From: an uncultured virus (IMG/VR IMGVR_UViG_3300033148_005029)
Taxonomy: Duplodnaviria; Heunggongvirae; Uroviricota; Caudoviricetes
Strand: one strand, 5' to 3'
IMG/VR virus record: IMGVR_UViG_3300033148_005029
Length of the DNA stretch: 64,000 nt
The notes under the pieces are model-generated. The model was given only the letters and a program-made list of their open reading frames with translations. It was not told where the DNA came from and ran no database searches. Position 1 is the stretch's first letter; every line of letters begins with the position of its first letter. Positions 35,461 through 46,087 of this stretch are shown in pieces. Position numbers and translations under genes: made by a program.

Positions 35461-36003
35461 ATGGACCAGAAGGAAATCACGCCGGACCAGGAGACGGACC
35501 TGTTCTACTACTGGAACCCGCACACGAACAACATCGACCTCACGCTGCCGCAGCCGATCGGTACCGTTCGCGTCGGGCCGCGCGGTAGCGGGCATGAGTT
35601 CATCCCGACGCCGCACCACAAGGAAGACGGCGTCACGGCGAAGATGCTGCGGGACTTCGAGGGGCCGTCATTCCTCTCGCCGACTCCGCCCGAAGTCCGG
35701 AGGTCGCTTCTTGAGAAGGCAGGCAAGGGGGTGCCTTCGTGGATGGCTGATCGTACGCGACATCTTCCTCAGTTTCAGGTTGATGCTGGCGTGCTGGCGC
35801 AAGCGGCGACAGCTGCAGCGGGCGCGCCTCTCACGCCTCGCGCGGGAAGCCTCGACGGCGCAACGCGTGCATCGGTGGATGGAAGCGCGAAGGTCGGAGC
35901 GGTAAAGGGCACGGAAGGACCGAGTTCAGGCCAGTCGATGGCGGAGTCGCTGCAGGTCATCGCTGACGCGCGGTGTAGCGGACGGTCCGTCAAGAAGGGC
36001 TAA
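35461..36003 (+). CDS. Hypothetical protein
   Basis: RBS GAGGAG; codon usage matches neighbouring genes. Confidence 0.6.
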   Translation: MDQKEITPDQETDLFYYWNPHTNNIDLTLPQPIGTVRVGPRGSGHEFIPTPHHKEDGVTAKMLRDFEGPSFLSPTPPEVRRSLLEKAGKGVPSWMADRTRHLPQFQVDAGVLAQAATAAAGAPLTPRAGSLDGATRASVDGSAKVGAVKGTEGPSSGQSMAESLQVIADARCSGRSVKKG

Positions 36004-36018
36004 CCGCGGGGGAACCTC

Positions 36019-36816
36019 ATGTCAGGCGAGAACGTCAACCGGCATGCCTCCAACTACCGGCGGAACGAGAGCGAAGGCGTTCGTCGGCGGGGACTGACCG
36101 AGGACGAGGTTTACGCGTACGTTCTCACCGCTATGGGGTTCCCCAACGTCGATGTCGAGACCTCACGTGAGCAGCTTCGTATCTTCTGGCAGAAGACGCT
36201 TGATGTCTACAACACGTACCTCCCGCACCAGAAACGCGGCGTCCTGGATATCCAAGCGCAAGCGCACGAGTACGACTTTGAACAGCTGAACAAGGCGTAT
36301 GGGCGCGGTGTCGTTGACGTGCGGCTCGCCCCGCGACGTGACTTCTTCTCGCCCATCTCCGGCGTCTTCGCGCTCGGCATCCCGCATCCGATCTCACCGC
36401 TCAGCCCAGACCAGTACGACCTTGCGTTGCGGTACATCGACATGGCGAAGCGGGTCTACAGCGCGGGCTTTGACTGGGAGTGGCATGAGCCCGTGCTGTG
36501 GGTCTTCGCTCCGCCCGGCTACGGAGGACCATACATCGCAGCGTACACGTACTTTGTCGAGGCGACAGAGGCGAACGACATCCCGAGTCATGACATCCGC
36601 TGGATCAAGGACTACATGCTCAACATCGTGCGCATTGCTGTTGGTGAAGCGCGAGGTAAGTTCGGCATCGTTCCCGGTCCGTCGCAGGCGAACCTCAACG
36701 GCTCTGAGCTGATTCAGCGGGGTGAGGCGCAGATCGAGAAGCTGGAAGAAGAGCTGCGGATGCGGTCGTTCGCTCTCACGCCGCCTCTCGGACCGGGTGC
36801 GAGGGCCAGCGGATGA
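36019..36816 (+). CDS. Neck protein (T4 gp13-like)
   Basis: YVLTAMGFPNVDVE..QL, WIKDY..VGEARGKF..LNGSELI..G..IEKLEEEL are hallmark gp13 motifs. Confidence 0.85.
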   Translation: MSGENVNRHASNYRRNESEGVRRRGLTEDEVYAYVLTAMGFPNVDVETSREQLRIFWQKTLDVYNTYLPHQKRGVLDIQAQAHEYDFEQLNKAYGRGVVDVRLAPRRDFFSPISGVFALGIPHPISPLSPDQYDLALRYIDMAKRVYSAGFDWEWHEPVLWVFAPPGYGGPYIAAYTYFVEATEANDIPSHDIRWIKDYMLNIVRIAVGEARGKFGIVPGPSQANLNGSELIQRGEAQIEKLEEELRMRSFALTPPLGPGARASG

Positions 36817-37433
36817 CGGACGTCCACCAGGACATTCTCATCGAGTTCGAGGCGCGACGGGCGCGCGCAAACCCGCAGCTCTTCCAGGGCATGCGGGATC
36901 AAGACCGTCAGGACGCTTTCGTTAAGGAGTTCGTCCTGCGGCAGGGCGCTGCCGTCATCCTCGCGCCACGCGTGAACCGTTTGCATCCCGAGGGCGAGAA
37001 CATCTTCGCAGGTGTCGATCCGATCGACGTGGATCGCCTCGATATCGAGTACATAGACGGGATGCTGCAGGTCAACGTGCGGGCGCTCATCGAGCACGAG
37101 CCATCGCGGCAGCTGCTGACGAAGTACGGCGTTGAGGAGGAGCGCGACGTTGTCTTTTACGTCCCGTTCTCGGAGCTGAACCGGCTCGGGCTCGTCAACG
37201 ACGACCGCTTCCGTGGGCTCATACTCGGCGACCTCTTCGAGTGGGATGGGACGTGGTACATCGTCCGCGAGGCACATCGCACGAGCTACCACGGGCTCAC
37301 AGACCGCTATCACCTCACGGCGGGGTTCTGCACACGGTACTACCACACTGCAACACCTCGGGACTGCGATGGGGCGAACTCGGATCTCGTACCGATGGCG
37401 CCGCCTCCGAGTCCGTCAACGAGCGGAGCGTAG
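36813..37433 (+). CDS. Head-tail connector (T4 gp14-like)
   Basis: Follows the gp13-like gene; LLTKYGVEEERDVVFYV..GDLFEWDGTWYIV. Confidence 0.7.
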   Translation: MTDVHQDILIEFEARRARANPQLFQGMRDQDRQDAFVKEFVLRQGAAVILAPRVNRLHPEGENIFAGVDPIDVDRLDIEYIDGMLQVNVRALIEHEPSRQLLTKYGVEEERDVVFYVPFSELNRLGLVNDDRFRGLILGDLFEWDGTWYIVREAHRTSYHGLTDRYHLTAGFCTRYYHTATPRDCDGANSDLVPMAPPPSPSTSGA

Positions 37434-37434
37434 C

Positions 37435-37947
37435 ATGTCACTGCAGCACATGGAGATCGGCGGTCTCAGCTTTGAACGCTACGGGCAGGGCTTAGCAGCA
37501 CGGAAGCCGATCCTGCACGGCGAAGTACACGGTCGGGGTCCGATAGAGGATCCCGTACCGCCGACGACGTCGCTGGAGGCGTTGAAGGAGGGCGCCGGCT
37601 CTGCGCTCTCCGCGTGGCGTGACATCGAGGCGTCATACGGCATCGTCGGGAGTCCCTTCCCGAACAAGGGCACGGGTACGCCGGACCAGGTCGAGCCGAT
37701 GATCAGGTCGGCCCCGGCTCCTGTCATGCAGACGGCGGAGAGCTATGTGCCGCCAGCTGCTGGGTTGCGGTACTCGGACGGCTCGCCGATGCAGGTGGGC
37801 GACGTGGTCGTGCTCGACGAGGTTCTCTACGAGGTGAAGGGTCGCGACTTCGCGGGTGGCATCATCGTCGAAGGGCCGGGCGTCGGTACGCGGACAGTCC
37901 CGATGGTAGCGTTGGGGCAGTGCCGGGTTCTCAAGCGGAAGGTTTAG
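37435..37947 (+). CDS. Hypothetical protein with a C-terminal SH3-like segment
   Basis: ATG immediately after the upstream stop; MQVGDVVVLDEVLYEV. Confidence 0.55.
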   Translation: MSLQHMEIGGLSFERYGQGLAARKPILHGEVHGRGPIEDPVPPTTSLEALKEGAGSALSAWRDIEASYGIVGSPFPNKGTGTPDQVEPMIRSAPAPVMQTAESYVPPAAGLRYSDGSPMQVGDVVVLDEVLYEVKGRDFAGGIIVEGPGVGTRTVPMVALGQCRVLKRKV

Positions 37948-38637
37948 GTGCAAATCAAGCCTGGCAAACGCTTTTGGCAGGCACAGCACTTCATCGAGAC
38001 ACTCCCCGACGAGGTCGCGGAGATCGCGCGAGACGAAGTGTTGGGGGTCTCCGTGTCGATCGCGGCGGAGATCAAGAAGCGCATCTCCCTGCAGCAGTAT
38101 GCCCACCAGCCGCTGAGCCCGCGCTACCTCGCGTGGAAGAAGCGCCGGAAGCTCGACGAACGCATCCTCATCGCCACCGGGCACTACATAAACGCCATCG
38201 GTATTCAGCCGGTCACGCGGCAGGTGCGGACATATAAGCCGGGCACCCCAGTCGGCATGCCGGAAGAGTTCAAGCGCGAAGCGTCGATGAGTAGTGCGAA
38301 GACGAAGGTCGTCGGCTACCGCGTAGGGCTCCCGGACAAGGTTCACCCGCCTTCGGGTCTTCGCTACCATGTCCTGGCGATGATCCACGAGTACGGGTCT
38401 CCGCGGGCGCACATACCGGCACGACCTCACTGGTACCCGGCATGGCGGGACTTCCTTCGCGCCGACAAGCGGAAGACTGTTCGTAATGTGTTCGACCGTA
38501 TAAAGAAGCGTCAATTGAAGCCGAAGCACAGGCTCTCACCGTCGGGTGGCGTCCCTGCGAGCGCAGTTAGGGCTCCGACGCCTCAGCCTTCAGCGGTGCG
38601 GCGGTTCTTCAAGCGCTTCCTCGGTCTCGGGGGATAG
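37948..38637 (+). CDS. Basic neck or tail-completion protein (virion morphogenesis type)
   Basis: PLSPRYLAWK..ILIATGHYINAI and LAMIHEYGS..HIPARPHWYP. Confidence 0.7.
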   Translation: MQIKPGKRFWQAQHFIETLPDEVAEIARDEVLGVSVSIAAEIKKRISLQQYAHQPLSPRYLAWKKRRKLDERILIATGHYINAIGIQPVTRQVRTYKPGTPVGMPEEFKREASMSSAKTKVVGYRVGLPDKVHPPSGLRYHVLAMIHEYGSPRAHIPARPHWYPAWRDFLRADKRKTVRNVFDRIKKRQLKPKHRLSPSGGVPASAVRAPTPQPSAVRRFFKRFLGLGG

Positions 38638-38638
38638 G

Positions 38639-40225
38639 ATGAAGCTCTCCGGCGATCTGGAACTGGACTACGGCTCGCTCAAGAACGCCATCGTCGATCC
38701 TGTGTCGTCGTTGCCGGCGTTCGTTCCCGGGCAGGATGAAGGCCGTCTCATCTACGTCACGACGGGCGTCAACGTCGGGATATGGATCGGCGCGAACGAC
38801 GGTACTGCATCCTACACGCGGATCATCATGGGCGCGGTCATCGGCACGTACAGCACCGTCCAGGTCATCAACAACGGGGTCACGTTCCAGGGCGTGCTCA
38901 CACCAGCGGCGTCTGCACCTCAGCGGGGCTTCCTTGCGCGTGTCTCTCTGTCCGCCGCTGCGATTGGTGCGGGTAAGGTGGTAGTCGAGATCCATGAGGA
39001 CGCAGGACGTTCCAGCCGCGTCTACAAGCGCGTCATCGACCTCGCCGACAACAGCCGCGACGACTATCCCGCGTACTACGAGTCCGACAGCGGAGCAGGC
39101 AACCTCTACATCTCCATCACGAACCTCACCGGGTTCTCCGACACTTTCACCGCCACGCTCAAGTCGATGGCGGTCATTCCCGTCACACCGCCGGCACCTC
39201 CCGGCGCGGGCACGGGGATCAACGCGGGCGTCGCCGGAGACGGTGTTGCTTACGACGGCATCAACGTGCGGTTGGAGGTGGATCTGCTCTCGACCGGCGG
39301 CTTGCAGACGACAGGCGTGACGCCGGATGCAGAGCTGGGCATCAAGCTCGCCCCCAGCTCGGGGCTTGCAGTCGGTGGTACGGGCCTCGACGCCACCGGG
39401 TGCGTGAAGACGACGACGGCCCAGAGCATTGCGGGCATCAAGCGCTTCACGGGCTACGCCATCGCCATTGACCCGGCAGCGGGGACCGGCCCGCCGGCAG
39501 CCGGAACGTGGACGAAGGGGGCCATCTACCAGGACTCGGCGCAGAACTTCTGGCTCTGCTCCGTGGCAGGCACGCCGGGCACGTGGATTCCGTGGTCGTC
39601 TCGGAGCGACAAAGCAGGAGGCGGCGCGATCGGGACGTATACCGGCACGGTGACAGCGGGCAACTCCCTTGACGTCCCGTTGACGACACCCTTCTCCCGG
39701 CGCGGTCGGATCGAGAAGCTCATCGTGTGGGCAGCAGCTCCCACCTTCACGGCGACGCCGATCGACTCACCCTTCCGTGTCGGGATCTACCCGAACAGCA
39801 ACTATGAGGGGCGCGAGCGCATTGGCTACTTCCAGGGTCAGGCTCGCACGGAATTGGTAGTCGCCCCCGGTGCCGCGATCAATGCGACTGTTATCCCCGT
39901 AGCGTCGGTGGACTTCATCAACCTCGACGATCTCGTCAGGCTTCGCGCGCTCGCGGGACCGACGGAGGAGTACGCTGCGGTGACGGTGCGCGCGACTGGC
40001 CCGCCCACGATCGCCGTGGACGAGAACATCGACAACGCGCTCGCAGTGGACGACCTCGTGATGGCCGCGACGGAGTTCACGGGCTTGCCGTGGTGGAACG
40101 ACGACACGACGCCCGCGAACTACTACAAGCTCTACCTGAGGCTCTTCAACGACGACCCCGCACAGGATCTCGTCTTCGGCTATGAGGTCTGGCTTGAGCA
40201 GTCCGGTGGAGGCCAGTCGGTCTAA
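38639..40225 (+). CDS. Virion structural or fibre-like protein
   Basis: G/T/A-rich sequence; QSIAGIKRF and GTWTKGAIYQDSAQNFWLCSVAGTPGTW are fibre-type motifs. Confidence 0.7.
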   Translation: MKLSGDLELDYGSLKNAIVDPVSSLPAFVPGQDEGRLIYVTTGVNVGIWIGANDGTASYTRIIMGAVIGTYSTVQVINNGVTFQGVLTPAASAPQRGFLARVSLSAAAIGAGKVVVEIHEDAGRSSRVYKRVIDLADNSRDDYPAYYESDSGAGNLYISITNLTGFSDTFTATLKSMAVIPVTPPAPPGAGTGINAGVAGDGVAYDGINVRLEVDLLSTGGLQTTGVTPDAELGIKLAPSSGLAVGGTGLDATGCVKTTTAQSIAGIKRFTGYAIAIDPAAGTGPPAAGTWTKGAIYQDSAQNFWLCSVAGTPGTWIPWSSRSDKAGGGAIGTYTGTVTAGNSLDVPLTTPFSRRGRIEKLIVWAAAPTFTATPIDSPFRVGIYPNSNYEGRERIGYFQGQARTELVVAPGAAINATVIPVASVDFINLDDLVRLRALAGPTEEYAAVTVRATGPPTIAVDENIDNALAVDDLVMAATEFTGLPWWNDDTTPANYYKLYLRLFNDDPAQDLVFGYEVWLEQSGGGQSV

Positions 40226-41562
40226 TGCAAGGACCAGCACACGCTTGCGTCAATTTGCTCTCGCGGAACGCTCCGATCTGGACGAAGGGCGCAGTGCTGT
40301 ACTGGGACATCAGGGGTGGTGCGAAGGCTTCAGTCCGAGGGGCGTCTGCATATAGCACTGTGCGGGTACAGTTGGGAAGCGGAGAGTACTGGACGTTCGA
40401 CAGAGGTAAGGGGCAGTACGTTCAGATCACCGCTGCCTCCGGCTCGTTTCCGCTTGACGGGCACTTCGCGGAAGCACGAGCCAACTACTTCAATGACACG
40501 ACGAACGTCATGCGTGGCCCATTTTCGGTAGAAGCCGGGGCGGTTGGCTCGAATCCCGTGCTCGACGCCACCTACATCGTGGACATCTCGACCATTCCGA
40601 TGGCGAACGGCTTCCGTGTTACAAACATGACCGGATCGCTGCGCCGCTTCTACCGCTTGGAGTCGACCTCGGGCACTTACCGCCGCTACTTCTCCCTCCT
40701 GGCGAAGCGGACAGATGGCGGGGTCATTGATGGAACGGTGCTGTCTCTCTACACAGCGTCGTCAGCTGATCCGCTCGGCTCGAACCTCATGGAGGCTGCG
40801 ACAAGGTACAAGAAGATTCGTAGCGACGGGTGGTACCAGCTGTGGGCGGTGCATCCCATCGACGGCGCGAGCGTCTACTTCGGTGGGCTTCTGACCAGTG
40901 GCTTCCCGGTCGACATCGAAGCGCCGATGACCGAGGGGGTTGGGTCGAGTCTTGGCGCTCCGGGGCAGTTCACGGAAAGCCCCGCTGGTGCGCCCACGCC
41001 GCCACTGAGCTACATCGAGATGGCGCGGACGAGCGGAATTGCAGAGCCTTACCCCGCGTGCGGATGGTTCGGTGCGGCCTTCACGAACCGTTGGGCACAC
41101 GACGAGCCTCACGATCAACCCGGGCCACGTTGGAAGACTGCTTACATCGCGAACTGGCAAGTAGACGGGAGCAACAAGGTCTCCATCTACATGAGCCAGA
41201 CGTCACAGGTGTGGGTTGGCTGGATGAGGAAGGCGGGCACGTCAGAGTTGTTCCTGACCGGTCCTGCAACGTGGGCAGAGAACGAAGCGATGGGGATTGT
41301 GATGACGTGGGGCTCGCGCAAGGGCTCGCAGTACGGTGTGCTCGCGGTAAACGGGAAGCAGTACGACGTCGAGACCTTGTTCTCACTTCCGACCGGTACT
41401 CCGAACTTCATCGAGGTCGGGGACATCGGGGGTCTTGGGTACGCGCAGTCGGCGAACTGCCACGTTGAGGCGATGGCGGTCGGACGGCAGGCGCTCACGC
41501 GCCTCGACGCGCGTCATCTCTCCCTGTGGTTCAAGGATCAGGCAGTGGGGGTCATCCGGTGA
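40225..41562 (+). CDS. Virion protein with a ConA/LamG-like C-terminal beta-sandwich
   Basis: TAATG coupling; GIVMTWG..LAVNGKQ..IEVG..VGRQALT pattern. Confidence 0.6.
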   Translation: MQGPAHACVNLLSRNAPIWTKGAVLYWDIRGGAKASVRGASAYSTVRVQLGSGEYWTFDRGKGQYVQITAASGSFPLDGHFAEARANYFNDTTNVMRGPFSVEAGAVGSNPVLDATYIVDISTIPMANGFRVTNMTGSLRRFYRLESTSGTYRRYFSLLAKRTDGGVIDGTVLSLYTASSADPLGSNLMEAATRYKKIRSDGWYQLWAVHPIDGASVYFGGLLTSGFPVDIEAPMTEGVGSSLGAPGQFTESPAGAPTPPLSYIEMARTSGIAEPYPACGWFGAAFTNRWAHDEPHDQPGPRWKTAYIANWQVDGSNKVSIYMSQTSQVWVGWMRKAGTSELFLTGPATWAENEAMGIVMTWGSRKGSQYGVLAVNGKQYDVETLFSLPTGTPNFIEVGDIGGLGYAQSANCHVEAMAVGRQALTRLDARHLSLWFKDQAVGVIR

Positions 41563-44500
41563 CGACGAGCGGACTCGCAACCGGTGGAGCGGGCTCCATC
41601 CTCGTTCCGTTCGGGGACGGCGCGACATCGCGCAACAGCGCAGCGTGGAACCCCTACGACGGCAAAGCCTATCGCAACAACAAGCCGCGCCTCACGGATG
41701 GTCTCCTCTTCAACTGCTCGGTGAAGCCGAAGCTGTTCGACACCTTCCCCGAGCCGACAGCCTTCATGTACTACCATCCGACGCAGGGCACGCCGAATCT
41801 GATCGACCGGGAAGCGATCTTCGAGGCGAACTACCCCGAGTTTGACAAGGTCGCGCTCGGGCAGTCCTACCAGGGGCGGGACATCATCGCGTACCGGCTC
41901 GGTCCGGTCACGCGGAAGCACTTCGTCGTGGACATGGTGGTCCACGGGAACGAAGCGGACGGCGCTCAGGGCACCTTCCGGGCGATGGAGATCCTCGCGC
42001 GCGACCCGATCTTCGCAGCGTTTCGGGCGGAGTGGACGATCTTCTTCATCCCGGCGTTGAACCCCGATGGGTGGTACCTCGACACGCGTAATCTCGCGGA
42101 GATCGGACCCGGCGGGGTGACGATCAACCTAAACCGCAACTGGGATTGGTTTTGGGATGAGTATGTCTCTTCGTCGTACGAGTCAAAAGGCTCGGCGCCG
42201 GAGAGCACACTGGAAGCACAGGCGTTCCTCAACTACTACCGCGACCCGCAGGTGACGTTTGGCTTCCTGCTCGATCAGCATGCGGACCGCGGTGTTGGCG
42301 CGCGATACATGAGCCGCGACCGCATATGGCGAGGTTTGGCATCGGCCCCGGGCGTCGCTGGAGAGGTACCGAACAACTACCGGTCACTGTGGCTTGACTG
42401 GATCATCTGGCGCTATGTTGGGCAGGTGACTCACATCCGGGCTCGGGACGCGGGCGGCTTCGACAATTACTGCCGGTACTACCGCAGCCGTTTCCGTCCG
42501 CACCTTCACAGCTACTTCAGCTCTCTCGGCATCGTGTCGATGGCGATGGAGGACGAGAAGGTCAGCGACGCGGGCGGTCTGGAGACCGTCGCGAGCGCGT
42601 GCAACTTCCGTCTTGACGCGACGCTCGCCGCCGCGTTGTGCTGCACCGAGTCGCTGTGGGTGCACCAATACGAAGAGGGCATCCTCCTCGAAAACGACGC
42701 GGTGACACAGCAGCTACAGAACGCGAGCTTCAACAGCTGGCAGGACGACGAGTACCGCCCTGGCTACTACACGATGAGTCGTATGACGACAGCGCGCGCG
42801 GCGAAGGCGGACAGCTACGTTGAAGACGGCGGCCGGGCGGTCGAGATGACCTCGCAGACGCTTATCGAGCTGTCGCAGGCGGCGGAGTTCAACGCGGGCG
42901 CGATGACGGGCTACACGAGTTTTCTGTTGGTTACCAGCAAGGGGCAGCTGTTCAAGATCCCGACCGCTTCGGCATCTTCGTCAGGTGACGTCATCGACCC
43001 GCTGACGAGCTTCACGAGTTGGGTGGGGGCGGCAGCCTTCCCGGGCAACGTGGATGGCGGCATTCAAGTGTTCGGCGGCGGTTCCTCGGAGAAGGACGCA
43101 GCGCCGACGACGCAATACTACCTGCTCGATGACACGACGGAGACGCCGCTGACGGGCTTCGGTGCGGTCCCGGTCGGGACGCAGCACGCGGGTTTCTGCG
43201 ACAACATGCTGTCGGATCCGCCTTCGCCTTTCCTTCCCGGGCGCGAAGGCTACCTCGTCGGCGGATGGACTGGCATCGCTCCGACGGCAGCGATGTACAC
43301 GCTCGACATTCCGAGCTTCATCTGGACGCTTTCCGCGGCGACGATGCCGACTCCGACGTATGGCGCGCTCGCGGTCTACGATCCGATCAGGGGCTACGTG
43401 TGGATCATCGGGGGCTTCAACGCCGCCGGCACACCGCAGAGCACGGTGGGATATTGGAATCTGGTGGCGGACACCTACACGCCATCGACTCCGCTCCCGC
43501 TCGCTTTGGGTTACGTGGCGGGCGTCTACGCGCGTGTTGACAATCGCATTTACATCTACGGTGGGCAGCTCAACACGGGGAACATGGCGCCGACCATCTA
43601 CCAATTCGACCCGAGCAGCGCGACGTGGGTTCTGCTGGAGGTGACGGCGAACCTCGACGACGACGAGGATCAGCAAGAGCCGGAAGACCCGGTATGGAAC
43701 GTCTTGCTCGGGCGGGCGCAGGCCATTCTTCCGGTCGAGAACGCAACGGACGACGGGGTTATCTACCTGCTCGGCGGACGGCAGACAAGTACTGTGGGGG
43801 CGCTCGCGGACGACTTCTACAAGCACGATCTATTCGACGAAATTATCGGGCGCGTGGCAGATTCCGAATACGGCTACCTTCGCTACTCGTCATCGATCCA
43901 ATCGGGATGGATAGCGTATGTGCTCTCGCAGCAGCCGAGTATCACGGGAGGCGCCTTCGCGGGTACGTGGACGGATACGACACCCGGAAACTGGACCGCG
44001 TACGCGGGCGCTCCGGCAACGGGGACGAAGACGGGCGCGGCACACAGCGCGCTGACGCATAGCGAAACGGCCCCGAACTACGCGAGCCATCGCATGAAGG
44101 TGGACCTCTTCAAGGACGGCGCTGGGACGCTCCTGCTCTTCAGCGCGGTGCTGCGCGGGAGCTACATCGGGGCGAACATTCAGACCGGCTACCGGGTGCG
44201 GAACAACATCGGCGGAACGACATGGGTGTTGGAGCGCTTCGTCGGTGCAGCGGGTACGACGCTCGACACGACGACTGCGGACACCATCGCCGACACGACT
44301 GCTCGCGAGCTTGACTTTCGCGTGCTTGGACAGAGTCCGGTGCGCATCGTCGTCTACTACAATGACGTCGAAATCTTCAACTATGTTGACGCCTCATCTG
44401 CACGACGCCGCAACCCGGGCGTCTCTGGGTTCGAGGGGCAGAGCGGAACGGCGAATCTCGTCGTGTCGAACTACTGGGCCACGGAGACGGCGGCAGGAGA

Positions 44501-46079
44501 AGAGAAGTTCAGCGGTTCGGCGCTCGTGAAATCGAAGCTCGCGTCTTCTACAGGGTATGTGCGCCTCGCCCTTCAACCAGGCGCGCAAGAGGTAGCTGAT
44601 AGCGAGTTCGTCACGCGACGCGTGCGCAACTACTACACCATTCCGCCGTCGGGGTACTGGTTCAACTACCGCGTGCGCGCGTTCCTCCGGCATGGCCCTC
44701 GGGCGTATGTTGAGGACCGTGTTCGCTACTATCACCGTGTGTACAAGGACTCGCAGACGGCGGTCATCGACGGCATCGTGCTCACGAGGGGTACGTTGCT
44801 CGGGCAGACGTTCCTCGACACGGGGCAAGCTCGTGTGGGCGAGAGTCATACCTTCGCGACGCCCGTGCAGATGAATCGCCTTCACGCCTCCTTCACATGG
44901 ATGCCGACCTTCGGCTACCCGGACATAGTTGACGCGGACCTTGAGATCGCGCGCTTCGCGGTCGACGGCAGCAACTACATCCGCGTCATCCTGCTCGCGG
45001 GGAACGACGAAGAGCGCGAGTTCAACCGCGACGACCTCTACGCGCAGCACGACCCGATCATCCGCCTCGACAAGGTGCGCGGCGGGGTTCAGGTCGCGTA
45101 TATCGACCTTGTCTGTTACTACAGCTACATAATGCGAGAGCCGGGGTGCGAGCGTGTTGACGAGTCGCTCCGCTTCACGATCGTTCACATCGAGGACCAG
45201 CTGTTCCGCTTCTCCATCGAGCGCTTCGGCTTCGAGGTCCACAAGTCGCAGGCAGTCGACCTCATCGGCTTCGTGACGACCGCGGGAACGCTGGCGTACA
45301 ACGGGCAAGGGGTCTACGGTAAACCAACTATCAGCTATGACGGCATGCACGCGAACGGTATGCGCGCCATGCTCGGGCGCCGCGACATCGATCAGCGGCT
45401 TGTTGAGCTTGAGAGGACCGGGTTGTTCGTTTCGGGTGAGCGCGACCCGACGCAGGGCGCCATCTCGACCTACAACAAGTACCGTCCCTTCCTCGACGGT
45501 GACGACTTCATCCGCCCGGACGACAGCAACCTCGGGAGCGGGTGGGACGTCATCAAGCAGACCGGGAACGGGTGGGATGTCGTATCCAGCCAGGCCCGAT
45601 GCGTTGAGCTTGGCTTTGAGAGTCGGGAGGGCGACCCGCGGCACGCCGACTACATCATGGCGGCCGACGTCACGGTGCAGAACAACAACGACGTCGTCGG
45701 CCTCATGGGGCGGGTAGATCGCTTCCTGTCGGGGTCATACTCAAGCTACGAACCTCACGGGTACGGGTTTGAGCTGATTCAGACCTCGCCGACGGCGGCG
45801 ACGTTGCGCATCGTCACGTACTGGAACGGCGTACGGGAGATCCTCAACACACAGGCGCTATCATCCTACACTGCGGGTGAGACGCTGCGGATTCAGGTGA
45901 CGCTGACGAACACGACGCTCCGAGCCGAAATCTCGGGGCGGGCGGTCGTTACGACGACGGACTACCTCTTCAAGAGGCCGGGCCGTGCGGGGATCATGGG
46001 AGAGACGGGCGGACCGGCGCAGTACGTCACGGTCGACAACTGGTCGATGACCGAAAACTTCGAGTCGAGCACGGTTTAG
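41559..46079 (+). CDS. Large virion protein: M14 zinc carboxypeptidase, Kelch-like propeller and lectin-like beta-sandwich domains
   Basis: LGQSYQGRDI, VHGNE, IPALNPDG, INLNRNW and LLDQH (M14 motifs); repeated (I/L)xxGG motifs in YLVGG, WIIGG, YIYGG and YLLGG (Kelch-like). Confidence 0.8.
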   Translation: MTTSGLATGGAGSILVPFGDGATSRNSAAWNPYDGKAYRNNKPRLTDGLLFNCSVKPKLFDTFPEPTAFMYYHPTQGTPNLIDREAIFEANYPEFDKVALGQSYQGRDIIAYRLGPVTRKHFVVDMVVHGNEADGAQGTFRAMEILARDPIFAAFRAEWTIFFIPALNPDGWYLDTRNLAEIGPGGVTINLNRNWDWFWDEYVSSSYESKGSAPESTLEAQAFLNYYRDPQVTFGFLLDQHADRGVGARYMSRDRIWRGLASAPGVAGEVPNNYRSLWLDWIIWRYVGQVTHIRARDAGGFDNYCRYYRSRFRPHLHSYFSSLGIVSMAMEDEKVSDAGGLETVASACNFRLDATLAAALCCTESLWVHQYEEGILLENDAVTQQLQNASFNSWQDDEYRPGYYTMSRMTTARAAKADSYVEDGGRAVEMTSQTLIELSQAAEFNAGAMTGYTSFLLVTSKGQLFKIPTASASSSGDVIDPLTSFTSWVGAAAFPGNVDGGIQVFGGGSSEKDAAPTTQYYLLDDTTETPLTGFGAVPVGTQHAGFCDNMLSDPPSPFLPGREGYLVGGWTGIAPTAAMYTLDIPSFIWTLSAATMPTPTYGALAVYDPIRGYVWIIGGFNAAGTPQSTVGYWNLVADTYTPSTPLPLALGYVAGVYARVDNRIYIYGGQLNTGNMAPTIYQFDPSSATWVLLEVTANLDDDEDQQEPEDPVWNVLLGRAQAILPVENATDDGVIYLLGGRQTSTVGALADDFYKHDLFDEIIGRVADSEYGYLRYSSSIQSGWIAYVLSQQPSITGGAFAGTWTDTTPGNWTAYAGAPATGTKTGAAHSALTHSETAPNYASHRMKVDLFKDGAGTLLLFSAVLRGSYIGANIQTGYRVRNNIGGTTWVLERFVGAAGTTLDTTTADTIADTTARELDFRVLGQSPVRIVVYYNDVEIFNYVDASSARRRNPGVSGFEGQSGTANLVVSNYWATETAAGEEKFSGSALVKSKLASSTGYVRLALQPGAQEVADSEFVTRRVRNYYTIPPSGYWFNYRVRAFLRHGPRAYVEDRVRYYHRVYKDSQTAVIDGIVLTRGTLLGQTFLDTGQARVGESHTFATPVQMNRLHASFTWMPTFGYPDIVDADLEIARFAVDGSNYIRVILLAGNDEEREFNRDDLYAQHDPIIRLDKVRGGVQVAYIDLVCYYSYIMREPGCERVDESLRFTIVHIEDQLFRFSIERFGFEVHKSQAVDLIGFVTTAGTLAYNGQGVYGKPTISYDGMHANGMRAMLGRRDIDQRLVELERTGLFVSGERDPTQGAISTYNKYRPFLDGDDFIRPDDSNLGSGWDVIKQTGNGWDVVSSQARCVELGFESREGDPRHADYIMAADVTVQNNNDVVGLMGRVDRFLSGSYSSYEPHGYGFELIQTSPTAATLRIVTYWNGVREILNTQALSSYTAGETLRIQVTLTNTTLRAEISGRAVVTTTDYLFKRPGRAGIMGETGGPAQYVTVDNWSMTENFESSTV

Positions 46080-46087
46080 GGGGCGAC

